NCBI GenBank assembly: GCA_044352355.1
Contig: JBILEA010000001.1
Coordinates: 1 to 55,215, forward strand
DNA: 55,215 bases
Direction of reading: 5' to 3'
Source of the DNA: Pontiellaceae bacterium
Lineage (GTDB): Bacteria; Verrucomicrobiota; Kiritimatiellia; Kiritimatiellales; Tichowtungiaceae
A program made the translations under genes and the position numbers. This document shows positions 46,546 to 55,215 of the stretch, piece after piece. How positions within the stretch are numbered: position 1 is the first letter of the stretch; each line of letters begins with the position of its first letter. Under the pieces are notes generated by a model that was not told the DNA's origin, did not search any database, and worked only from the letters and a program-made list of their open reading frames with translations.

Positions 46546-48825
46546 TCAGGGCTCGACCAGCAGCACCCGGAAGTCATTCGCCGGCAGGGTCAGCTCAATT
46601 GCGTTGCCATCAAGGTCGCGGGAGGTGCCATCTTCCAGATCTGTCACGCTCCCGATTCCAGCGCCCAACCGGAGTCCGCTCGGATTGAGAACGAAGCGAC
46701 GGGATTGCTCCTCCCGACTCCAGTTGGCGAGGATCACCACCGCCTTACCGGCCCCTGATTGAACCAGAGCTGCTGCGTGGATGCCCTGCCCCGGTTGCTC
46801 GGCCAGAAACTGCCCGGCATCCGCCGGGCCGATATGCGTCATGTCGCCATAAAGGGCACCGAGATGCTTTTGGTATCCGACATAGAGCCGCTTGACCTCC
46901 TCAAGGTCGCAACGGTTCCACAACAGCGGCAGGTCGAGAACCAATGTCCGGGCCAGCATGCCGCGGGTGTAGGCCCGGTAAACGTCCGGGTGCGCCCGAT
47001 ACCAGACCGCCTGACCCGCCGAGCTCAGTTTCATTTCCTTGCCCTGCTTATCAGTGACCGTCTTAGACCAGAACGGGTTCCATTTTAGAACATGGGGCAT
47101 GATCAACTGCACCGGACCGATTGGAACACCGTAGGCACCCAGCCAATAATCGTCGCCCAAGAGAGAATAATCCGGGAGGTAGGGATAATGCCCGTCGGGG
47201 AGTTCTCCGCGTTCAAAGGCCTCTTCTCCCTTTTCATAGAAGACCGCATTCACTCCCTCGCCCGTGGTGACAATATCCGCGAACGAGCTGAATACGACGG
47301 GGACTTTGCCGTGGTGGACATTGATCAGATAGTCGGGATTCAGGCCTTTGAGTGCCTTGTAAAGCCGTTTGTAAAAGTCGCGGATTTCATAGACCGGCTT
47401 GTAGTATTTTTCGTTGTTGCCGACGTATTCGCCGGCCAGCGGGTTCATGTGATTGTCGGTCGTATCTGCCAAGTCCAGATAAATGCCGGCATAGCCGTTG
47501 TCACGAACCCCCGTCACCAGTTGCCAGATCAGCCAGTCGCGCGCGCTTTTCGGATAGAGGTTCAACGGAAAAACCGCGCCTTTCACGCCCGGGATGCTCG
47601 CCGTCTCGAACTTCCACTCACTGAATCCCTTGCGCCCGCCGCCCTCCGGCGTGACGAACCACCAGGGATGATACTCCTGCCACTCCGGCACATCGACATA
47701 TTGCAGAAACACACCCGCATAGGGAATAACGCCCACTCCGTTTGTCTTCCAGTGTTCCATGGCCTCCTGCCACTGGTCGCGGCGGGGGCCGGATTCCGGC
47801 GGTTGCGGCAGAAGCGGAGTCTTCAAGGGAAGCATTTCAGTCGGTCCGGGACGAAACGTGACAATGTTCCAAAGTGCCGGGTCAATTTCCCCGTTCAAGG
47901 ACATTTGCATGATCGGCAAAGTGGTGCGGCCCCGGCTGACCGAGGGCTTGATCGGCACGGGAAACACGGCAAACGAAAAAGTTGTCGGGCCGCTGATCTG
48001 CCGGGGCTTATCCACCATGTTGAGCCTCACCAGCACATCCCCGTTGCGGGGCGTGATCTCCATGGCCTTGTCCGCATCCCGGTTCGACCATTCATAATTG
48101 GTGGGGATGGCAATATCCAGACCGACACGGGATCCGCTGATGCAGAGATGGGAATTAAAGGCGAAGGCCTTCGAGGCATCGATTTTGCCCGTGCTCTCCT
48201 CAATGCCGAAGCGCGTGCTGCGCTGTTCAACGAAATCGTATTCATACCCCCGGTTGAAAAACTGCGCCGCCTCCCCGCTCATCGGAATCTCCACCGCCAG
48301 CCGGTCTAGAGAAAGCGGAGCACCGTCCGGGCTGACGGTCAGATCCATGCGGGTAAAGCCGTCGAATTCCACACTGGTCTCGACGGTGACCCGTCCGCCG
48401 GGAATGGCCATTTCGCCGTGAACAACTGCCCGTTCGTCATTTTCCCGCCGTAGTATGCCGCGGATTTGAGCGATTTCCACCGGATGTCCGCCGATCTGCA
48501 AATCCATTGCGACGGGACCGGCCAGCACCTTTCGCTTTTGGCTTTCTACTTGCTGCGGGATCACGCGTCCGTCAAAATCAAATTCACGTCCCCAGACGCC
48601 AACGGTGGTTCCATCCACTTCAACCGGAGTAAACGGAGGTGGCACACCCGGCTCCATGCCCAGCGAGTTGTTTTCCCATTCATAACCGAACCCCTTGTAG
48701 GGGCCGGATGCGGCTCCCGGAGATTGAAATTCAATCGGTGATGACACCACGCCCGCCGCTTTCTCGCCTTGCGAGAACACCATTGCGGCAACGACCAGTG
48801 CGCCTGAAATTGTTGACCTTCCCAT
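46546..48825 (-). CDS. exported glycoside hydrolase domain protein (DUF6067/GH123-like), copy 1
   Basis: Colinear, highly similar paralog of 42226-44562. Confidence 0.7.
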   Translation of the reverse strand: MGRSTISGALVVAAMVFSQGEKAAGVVSSPIEFQSPGAASGPYKGFGYEWENNSLGMEPGVPPPFTPVEVDGTTVGVWGREFDFDGRVIPQQVESQKRKVLAGPVAMDLQIGGHPVEIAQIRGILRRENDERAVVHGEMAIPGGRVTVETSVEFDGFTRMDLTVSPDGAPLSLDRLAVEIPMSGEAAQFFNRGYEYDFVEQRSTRFGIEESTGKIDASKAFAFNSHLCISGSRVGLDIAIPTNYEWSNRDADKAMEITPRNGDVLVRLNMVDKPRQISGPTTFSFAVFPVPIKPSVSRGRTTLPIMQMSLNGEIDPALWNIVTFRPGPTEMLPLKTPLLPQPPESGPRRDQWQEAMEHWKTNGVGVIPYAGVFLQYVDVPEWQEYHPWWFVTPEGGGRKGFSEWKFETASIPGVKGAVFPLNLYPKSARDWLIWQLVTGVRDNGYAGIYLDLADTTDNHMNPLAGEYVGNNEKYYKPVYEIRDFYKRLYKALKGLNPDYLINVHHGKVPVVFSSFADIVTTGEGVNAVFYEKGEEAFERGELPDGHYPYLPDYSLLGDDYWLGAYGVPIGPVQLIMPHVLKWNPFWSKTVTDKQGKEMKLSSAGQAVWYRAHPDVYRAYTRGMLARTLVLDLPLLWNRCDLEEVKRLYVGYQKHLGALYGDMTHIGPADAGQFLAEQPGQGIHAAALVQSGAGKAVVILANWSREEQSRRFVLNPSGLRLGAGIGSVTDLEDGTSRDLDGNAIELTLPANDFRVLLVEP

Positions 48826-48870
48826 TGTTATGACTCCTGACGTTAAAACTTCAACTGGTACCCTTTACCA

Positions 48871-48901
48871 ATCACGCCGCCCGTAAAGAGGGCGGCGTGA
48901 T
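48871..48901. terminator. strong intra-operon stem-loop (attenuator or mRNA stabiliser)
   Basis: atcacgccgccc-gtaaaga-gggcggcgtgat; no clear U tract. Confidence 0.55.
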
Positions 48902-48935
48902 GGATTAAACCCGGTCGTCCAACCGCGAGTGAAAA

Positions 48936-49757
48936 TCACGCGATCAGGCGGCGAAGAAACAGCAGAACTGAAGAGCTGATCACGAACAAACCGACCGTGG
49001 CGGGTTCAGGAATGGCTGCCACACGCATGGCATCAATTGACTGAAGATCCATCGCGCCGGAATCCAGATAGAAATTATCGAGCAAGCCGTCAAAAGCTCT
49101 GATCGGATTTCCCTGATTGCCTATCGTTATGGTGCCCGTGATATCGGGTGCTCCCCCGGCTAAGTCAAGCGAAGAGACCAATGTTGCCGCACTGTTTGTT
49201 CCTCCAACATAAAACTTCGCCTGATTGGAGCCGAGCGTACTGTCATAGGTCATGGCAAAAAAGACCCATTCCTGAGTCGCGGTATAGCTTGCAGCACTCT
49301 CGACAGTGGTTGCATTGACTTTCAAACTCAGTTTACCCGAATTCGCTGAGCTGACTATCAATGCGCTATCGGCATCCTGCCAAACAAGCAATGCAGCACC
49401 ACCGCCAATCTGGGTCGTATCAGCGGTCTTAAACCACCCGGCAAGGGTGAAACTCGCCAGCGAACCGGAGTTCTGGTTGATATCGGATCCTGCCCGTCCT
49501 CCGCTTCCGCCCATTGAAGCAGAAGCGCTGTTGTCGAACGCCCGATCACCCGCCAGACCCGACACGCCGAAACCATCCGCAGTATGCAAATCTGTGTTTG
49601 CGCTGCTACTGTTCTTCAGCGTGAAATTACTGGTTGTTCCGGCGTTGGTTGCAACAGTTCCCGTCTCGTTAAACCCGACATCAATCAATGCCGCATTCAA
49701 CACCCCGGCCGACAACATCGCCACGCCTGCCACCCAACTGATTCCTATTCTCTTCAT
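48936..49757 (-). CDS. LamG-like protein with PEP-CTERM sorting signal
   Basis: GAGGAG RBS; signal peptide; FTLAGWFK, WVFFAMTYDS; ends IPEPATVGLFVISSSVLLFLRRLIA. Confidence 0.9.
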   Translation of the reverse strand: MKRIGISWVAGVAMLSAGVLNAALIDVGFNETGTVATNAGTTSNFTLKNSSSANTDLHTADGFGVSGLAGDRAFDNSASASMGGSGGRAGSDINQNSGSLASFTLAGWFKTADTTQIGGGAALLVWQDADSALIVSSANSGKLSLKVNATTVESAASYTATQEWVFFAMTYDSTLGSNQAKFYVGGTNSAATLVSSLDLAGGAPDITGTITIGNQGNPIRAFDGLLDNFYLDSGAMDLQSIDAMRVAAIPEPATVGLFVISSSVLLFLRRLIA

Positions 49758-50110
49758 ACTCGCTCTCCTCTCTCTTGCCTCATCATCAGGCTCCATAGGC
49801 GACCTGCCGCTGGATACAAAAACCTGATCAATTGATGGCACTGTATCCCGCCATGCATCTTTCGCAATCAAAAGGAGTCGTTACCTGTAACCCATTGTTC
49901 AAAAAATATTCTTCCATCGAATAATCTTCGGTTTTTGCGCAGTAAAAAAGAAATCAAGCTGGAGTAAAACAACAGCGTTGGCCCACGGATGGCAAAGCCG
50001 TCCCGCGGATTGATGACCAGAGAATGAACCAAAATTCGGCAGTAGAGGATCGCGAACCGAGCCGGAGGCGAGTTGGGCACCGCGAATGCGGGGCAACGAA
50101 GTGGCAATCA

Positions 50111-50254
50111 ACGCGAATGGGCACGAATTTTTAAAAACCCCAATAAAAAAACAGGTTTCAGTACGATGTCATAGAAACGGAACCGCATCCATTAGGTGCA
50201 GAATGTAGTTTGCGTAAGTCATTTATCATTAGCGATTATTCGCGTTAATTCGCG
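50111..50254. repeat. 10-bp-period CGAAT/ATTCG inverted repeat element
   Basis: cgcgaat-ggg-cacgaat ... attagcg-att-attcgcg-tta-attcgcg. Confidence 0.5.
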
Positions 50255-50529
50255 ATCCAAATTCAGCACGGTTTTGGGTGTAATCCCCAATTTTAACCGC
50301 AAGCGGAAGGCCGGTTCAAGTCGGCTCGGTCAGGATTTCATTCAATACCTGATCTATCTGCCAGATGCCGCAAAGAATCCCTGCACTCCTCCTCTGAATC
50401 TGATCGCCTCCGTACACGACCAGGTTTCCAAATAGATTGCCGCGCAACGGATGAGTGAGCAACTGACCGACCCGCCCGGCACACAGCCGGACAAACGCAA
50501 ATCCAAGAAAAAAACATGGATTTTACAAA

Positions 50530-50556
50530 ACGTTATATAATAGATACTTATAACGT
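50530..50556. promoter_or_regulatory. AT-rich palindrome, candidate operator of the glycan locus
   Basis: ACGTTATA-11 nt-TATAACGT between the LacI gene and the first structural gene. Confidence 0.45.
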
Positions 50557-50629
50557 ATTTTATGACCTGCTGTTCATTTAATCAGGTCGACGTTCTTGCG
50601 GTTTGCTCTCTGGGTCCGGCGCGACCCGG

Positions 50630-51916
50630 TCAGCGCGTTTGACAGAACGCCGTTTGTCCGGAATGCCACTCGCCCCGGATATGCAGAATGCGGGCGGCAA
50701 TCGGCAGTTTTCCGAACCGGTTGTTGATGAGCTGTTCGTGCAGCAGGTTGATCGCCGATTCAGCGCAGGTAGTCAGGCAGTAATCAATCCCCGCAAGATA
50801 GGGCTTTGCGGGGGGCAACCCCAACACAACCAGACCGATGTGTTCCGGAGCATTCCTTACCCGGTCTTCAATCGTCTGGCAAAAGGGACTGCCGGTCCAC
50901 AGGGTCAGGATCAAATCCGGTTTCTGCCGGTCAAACCACCGGTTAAGCCGCGCTTCGGTATCTTGTCCGCCGCAATCGAACGGCTCCAGCAAGCGCAAAT
51001 CGCGATGCGCATAGCGGAATGAATGGTAGGCGCCGAAATACTCAACCGACGCATCATAGTCCGGATCCAGCACCAGACCGACCCGGCGATAACCCAGATC
51101 GCAAGCCTGCCTCAAGGCCAGCTCCATATTGTACGGGCAATCCGGCAGGACGCTGTAACAGGGAATCCCCGGTCGGCGCCCGCAGACCACCGCATAATGA
51201 TCCCAATCCAGATCGGGAACCGGGCTCCGGCCGGTAATATACACCCCTCGTATCCCGCGTGCCTTCAGGATTCCGTCAATCCGCTCGCCGGTCATGCCGG
51301 GTTCCGCATAGCCGAGCGTATCCAGATGATAGCCCAGCTGCTCCGCTCTCGCCTTGGCCGCGTGATAATAGGCGACCAGAGTCAACCCTCTTTCATTCCC
51401 GTACGAGGCGGGCTCTCTCTCCAGATCATGCAACATCAGGATCGTTGTCCCGGTATCGTTCTGCTTTCTCCGGCGGATATCGGTCATCAGCGCCGCCGTC
51501 AGCGGATTGGGCCGATAACCCATCCGTCCGGCCAGCCCAATGATTTTTTTACGCGTTTTGTCCGAGATGCCCGCCGCGCCCCGCAACGCTCTTGAAACCG
51601 TCTGCTTGGAAACGCCCGCCGCCCGGGCAACATCGGCCATATTGACTTTGGCGCCAAAGGCGGTGGGCGGCAATGACGGCACCTCTTCAGGAACAAACGA
51701 ATCCTCCTCATCCATCGGCAATGGATGGAGTTCGCGCAGAATTTCAGACGCCTTGCCCGTCGAAATCCCGAAGCGTTCCGCGACCGCCCGCACGGTCCAG
51801 CGTGTTCCGTTGGGAGCAGGATCCTGCTTCACCGTCCGGGTGATTTTTGAAATTTCAGCAGCCGGAATCTCCGGACGCCCCCGCTTTGCCGTCTTCCGCA
51901 TCGTTGTCCGTTTCAT
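50630..51916 (-). CDS. LacI-family transcriptional regulator with an extra N-terminal HTH
   Basis: VNMADVARAAGVSKQTVSRALRG...MGYRPNP followed by a sugar-binding fold; additional RGRP...RWTVRAVAERFGIS HTH. Confidence 0.88.
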   Translation of the reverse strand: MKRTTMRKTAKRGRPEIPAAEISKITRTVKQDPAPNGTRWTVRAVAERFGISTGKASEILRELHPLPMDEEDSFVPEEVPSLPPTAFGAKVNMADVARAAGVSKQTVSRALRGAAGISDKTRKKIIGLAGRMGYRPNPLTAALMTDIRRRKQNDTGTTILMLHDLEREPASYGNERGLTLVAYYHAAKARAEQLGYHLDTLGYAEPGMTGERIDGILKARGIRGVYITGRSPVPDLDWDHYAVVCGRRPGIPCYSVLPDCPYNMELALRQACDLGYRRVGLVLDPDYDASVEYFGAYHSFRYAHRDLRLLEPFDCGGQDTEARLNRWFDRQKPDLILTLWTGSPFCQTIEDRVRNAPEHIGLVVLGLPPAKPYLAGIDYCLTTCAESAINLLHEQLINNRFGKLPIAARILHIRGEWHSGQTAFCQTR

Positions 51917-52139
51917 ACCGGTATTTCAACCAACATCCCCACCGAACGCAACGTCCGAGTTAAAGAAACCCGCCTTCGTTTGAAGGCGGTTACTTAAAAA
52001 CTGCATACATCGCCAGGATGTTTTTAATAGGAATATCCGGCCCCAGTATTTGGCTCGGTGCAAAAATATAACCGCCCCGGGTTCCGCCGAGAACTGTAGC
52101 GGCCATCTATTAATGAGACTCATTTTCCAAAAAACCGGG

Positions 52140-52409
52140 TTACACTTTTCCTCCTCTGGAGATCGTAATAAAGCCGTTCTCCAGTAACCAGTTTCGCACG
52201 GCTGTGCGCCATGCCCTGTCTGTTTCATAGCCTTTCACGGCCATGAGCTCCAGCATCTTTTCTTTTATGTTTTCATAGACCTCCTGTCGTCTGCGGCGGG
52301 TGTACTGCCGGGCGGTGTTTTGCCCGGAACCGAACACCTCGCACGGGGTGCGGTGATTCAGGTCGGCCAGCGGCCGGTGATTGAGCTCGTGGATGTCCAT
52401 CTCGTGCAC
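52140..52409 (-). pseudogene. C-terminal remnant of an integrase-core transposase
   Basis: HELNHRPLADLNHRTPCEVF resembles the YNxxRPHxxLxxxTP end of rve transposases; no DDE core upstream. Confidence 0.55.
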
Positions 52410-52496
52410 CGAGCGGGACAGGAATACGAACCGATTCTACACACCCTTCATCCCCGCAGATACTACGTCACTCGCTCCGGCTGCACATCTTTTTCC

Positions 52497-53792
52497 CGTT
52501 CTTCGTAAATTTTCATGGGAGCAACTCCAGCTTTCCGCAGTGGAAAAGGATGGCGATCCGGTAGCCGCGAGCGTTTGATTTAACGGTCTGGATTTTCGAG
52601 TTCAGACCCTCGACCACTCCATTGCTGATCTTCCAGGCCAGAAAGCTCAACAAGTTCTCGATATGCTTTTTGATCATCTTCGCCACCTTCTTGACCGGGG
52701 TCTGGCCGCAGTTAATGGCCCGGGCATACCACTTTTCAAAGAACACACGTGCCTGTGTCACGTTCGGACAGTTCCAGAAGTGACTAAACAGCTCCTTGAT
52801 TTCCCATGCGCGGGCCACTTTCAAGCCAGCCTTTTTGAGTTCCTCGAACCGGGCGGCGGCATCCTCTGTAAGCGCCGGCTCATTTTTCAGCCACCAGTAT
52901 TTCGTACCTTTTAAGCCGTCCTCTCCATTGCGAATCATCTGCCGGTTCTCTTGCCGCCGCACCTGATCCACCGCTTCATTGAGATGTTTTGAGACATGGA
53001 ACCGGTCATGAACGATCTCGGTGAACGGCATGACCTCGTTAACCGCATTCCGATAGGCAGGCCACATATCCATGGCCGCAGCGAACACCCCGGATTGCTG
53101 GGGGTTGCTCAACGCCTTGTTCAGCAGCTTTTTAGCCGATTGTTCGTCCCGGTTTTCCGCCACATCCAGAACACGGCCGCCTTCCAGATCGCAACAGGTC
53201 GTTACAAAGCTCATCCCTTTCCCGAAGCTCTTCTCATCGATTCCAATGTAGGGGATCTGCCTCTTTTTACGCCGGGCCAGTCCCCGCTCAACCGCCCGTT
53301 TTTTGATCGTCTCAACCTGATGCCAGTTCAGCTTCAGCAGCTTGCGGGCATCCTCCACGCTCCGGGCGGACTGAAGCACACTGATCGCAAACCCCTCGAA
53401 CAAAAGAGTAAACCGGGCATGCTTTCCGGCCCACGGAACGGCCACGGTTTTAACTCCATGCTTCAAGCACTCCACACGCGGGGTTTTCGCATGAAGGAGC
53501 GTCTCAAACTGCATGGTGTCAAGATGACGCCAGGTGCGCCCGGCGGCTTCATCATAAATCCGGCAGGATGCGCCGCACTCCGGGCATGTCTCAGTCTGCC
53601 CGACGTGCTCAACATAAATGTCCACCTGCAGCTTTTGCATATTCAAATCGACCTTGGTGACCGACCACGGCGAGCGCAGTCCCAGCAACTGTTCGTAATG
53701 TTCTTCTGTAAGCATGCCCCGTTATGTGCCTGAAATCCGGTTGGCAAAAAAGCTCCGTTTCCCTCACACTCCACGAAATTCAGCGAAGAACC
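52497..53792 (-). mobile_element. ISL3-family insertion sequence (1296 bp)
   Basis: IRs GGTTCTTCGCTGAATTTCGTGG / CGTTCTTCGTAAATTTTCATGG; 8-bp TSD CTTTTTCC at 52489-52496 and 53793-53800. Confidence 0.92.
52513..53715 (-). CDS. ISL3-family transposase
   Basis: CPECG zinc finger, RTWRHLD, IGIDEKSF, AMDMWPAY, VHDRFHV, SNGVVEGLNSKI. Confidence 0.93.
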   Translation of the reverse strand: MLTEEHYEQLLGLRSPWSVTKVDLNMQKLQVDIYVEHVGQTETCPECGASCRIYDEAAGRTWRHLDTMQFETLLHAKTPRVECLKHGVKTVAVPWAGKHARFTLLFEGFAISVLQSARSVEDARKLLKLNWHQVETIKKRAVERGLARRKKRQIPYIGIDEKSFGKGMSFVTTCCDLEGGRVLDVAENRDEQSAKKLLNKALSNPQQSGVFAAAMDMWPAYRNAVNEVMPFTEIVHDRFHVSKHLNEAVDQVRRQENRQMIRNGEDGLKGTKYWWLKNEPALTEDAAARFEELKKAGLKVARAWEIKELFSHFWNCPNVTQARVFFEKWYARAINCGQTPVKKVAKMIKKHIENLLSFLAWKISNGVVEGLNSKIQTVKSNARGYRIAILFHCGKLELLP

Positions 53793-53904
53793 CTTTTTCC
53801 TAATTTTCATCCATTTCGATCAATGTTTTCAGGGAAATTCAGTGCGGATTCGTTTTCGTATAGGCCAGTAAAACGTAATTCCGTTTTTCTGAAAGCAACC
53901 GGTT

Positions 53905-54957
53905 TTAGTTTTCATCGTTCAACTCTATTGTTTTGCCGGTGCGTGCAGACTCATAGCAGGCTGCTAGAATTCTCTGGCTGCGCAGTCCGGTTTCTCCGTC
54001 CAGCACCGTCGGACGGTCCTCAAGAATCGCCGCGCTGAACTCTTCGATTTCCGCCCGGTACATATTGACCGGTTCAGGCCGAAGAATCAGTCCCTCTCCG
54101 GGATCGCGAGCCATCTGCCCGGCATCGTAAGCGGCTTTGTCCCCTTCAAAAAAGGCTTTCATCTCTCCGGCTTCGCCCTGCCCGATCGTTCCGCAGGCCA
54201 GAATGCTGCCTTTCGACCCGTACAGTTCGAGCACGTTTTTGCTGCCGGCATCCGGAATGCAGAAAAACGCATCCACGGTCGCCATAGCGCCGCCGGCGAA
54301 CGTCAGCAGCGCCACGGCGCTGTCCTCGGATTCATAAGCATGCACGCTGCGGTGAATGGAACAGCTGACGGTTTTCACCTCGCCGAAAAACATTTCCAGC
54401 AGATCGATGCAGTGGCCGCCCATATCCATCAGGCTGCCGCCGCCGCCCTGCGCCGGATTCTGACGCCAGGCGCCGTCCATGGGCGGATACCAGCAGGAGA
54501 GCTGCGCCCGGCCGTAGACCGGCTGACCCAGGCGACCTTCGTTAATCAGTTTCAGCGCGGCCTGATGCTGCGACTGAAACCGCATCATGAAGGCGATACC
54601 GAGCATGACGCCCGCCTGTTCGCAGGCGGCGATCATCTGCTGCGCCTCATCGTTGCTCATGCCGAGCGGCTTTTCGCACAGGATGTGTTTGCCGGCCGCG
54701 GCGGCAGCCAGCACCTGCGAACAGTGCAGATAAGCGGGCGTGGCGATGTAGACCGCATCCGCATCCAGACTCAGCAGTTCCTCTTCGCTGCCCGCCGCAA
54801 CCGCCCCGGTTTGCGAGGCCAGTTCCGTATTGGCCTTCTGATCGACGTCATATACCGCAGACAGTTCGGCATTGTTCGCCGCCAGAATTCCCTCCGGGAT
54901 GGTCCGGCGTTTTGCAATTCCGCACGACCCCAGAACAGCCCACTTTATTTTTTTCAT
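53905..54957 (-). CDS. Gfo/Idh/MocA family oxidoreductase
   Basis: WAVLGSCGIA, DAVYIATP..LH, GKHILCEKP, WR...GGGSLMDMGGHCID. Confidence 0.93.
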   Translation of the reverse strand: MKKIKWAVLGSCGIAKRRTIPEGILAANNAELSAVYDVDQKANTELASQTGAVAAGSEEELLSLDADAVYIATPAYLHCSQVLAAAAAGKHILCEKPLGMSNDEAQQMIAACEQAGVMLGIAFMMRFQSQHQAALKLINEGRLGQPVYGRAQLSCWYPPMDGAWRQNPAQGGGGSLMDMGGHCIDLLEMFFGEVKTVSCSIHRSVHAYESEDSAVALLTFAGGAMATVDAFFCIPDAGSKNVLELYGSKGSILACGTIGQGEAGEMKAFFEGDKAAYDAGQMARDPGEGLILRPEPVNMYRAEIEEFSAAILEDRPTVLDGETGLRSQRILAACYESARTGKTIELNDEN

Positions 54958-54973
54958 CCCGTCCTCCGATTAA

Positions 54974-55215
54974 TTAATAGCTTGTCACTACGGTCCGCCA
55001 AGACGGCTTGTAAACTCTCAGCCCGCCGATACGGATATGCGACTGATAAACGCCAAAGCCGATTCGCAGAGCCTTTTCGGGGCTGACCGCCTGCGGCACT
55101 TCCGATTCCATCACCAGATGTCCGTCGACAAAGATAAATGCGATTTTCCCGACGTTTCCCGAATGGATTCGGTACATTCTGCCAGCCTCCAGCGGGAAAA
55201 GCGGCGTCGTTGTTG
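54974..55215 (-). CDS. 3' part of a CDS (ConA/DUF1961-like beta-sandwich), runs off the window
   Basis: Open frame to the window end: ...GRMYRIHSG...IFVDGHLV...RIGFGVYQSHIRIGGLRVYK; GGAGG RBS for the next gene just after its stop. Confidence 0.55.
   Translation of the reverse strand, partial: TTTPLFPLEAGRMYRIHSGNVGKIAFIFVDGHLVMESEVPQAVSPEKALRIGFGVYQSHIRIGGLRVYKPSWRTVVTSY

Larger units (their letters stand above)
21848..55215. mobile_element. tRNA-Gly-anchored genomic island (right end not found in window)
   Basis: Integrase immediately 3' of the tRNA; followed by defence-like genes, a group II intron, IS elements and a catabolic locus; no core genes and no attR copy seen, so the right boundary is uncertain. 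Confidence 0.6.

Noticed and set aside
47092-48309. 405-aa plus-strand ORF
   Set aside because: Antisense shadow of the GH-like gene.

Overview
Bacterial chromosomal window, probably PVC superphylum/Kiritimatiellales-like (inferred from a PEP-CTERM LamG protein, sulfatase plus anSME maturase, and an SSS/LacI-type polysaccharide locus). Bases 1-21850 are mostly core genes (serA, lptE, rpsT, rpsU, infA, gpmI, hybrid kinase, tRNA-Ser, pgl-like, prmA, thrC, anSME, thiE, ctpA, tsaD, tRNA-Gly). Two accessory islets sit among them: a collapsed type I R-M operon that retains an intact repeat-flanked four-helix-bundle gene, and an HNH islet. A tyrosine-integrase island begins at tRNA-Gly. Its first 9 kb looks like a defence hotspot: a type III Res-like stub, a DUF4062-HATPase-wHTH gene followed by a six-module array of phased 11-bp boxes, a Cas4-like/exonuclease DUF2779 gene, DUF1643, and two novel paralogous UDG-like genes. 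One of those two genes is split by an ORF-less group II intron whose EBS1/EBS2 match the exon and whose removal restores the reading frame. The rest is a minus-strand sulfated-glycan utilization locus with internal duplications and IS5/ISL3 insertions. All family assignments are from motif recognition by eye; no searches were run.
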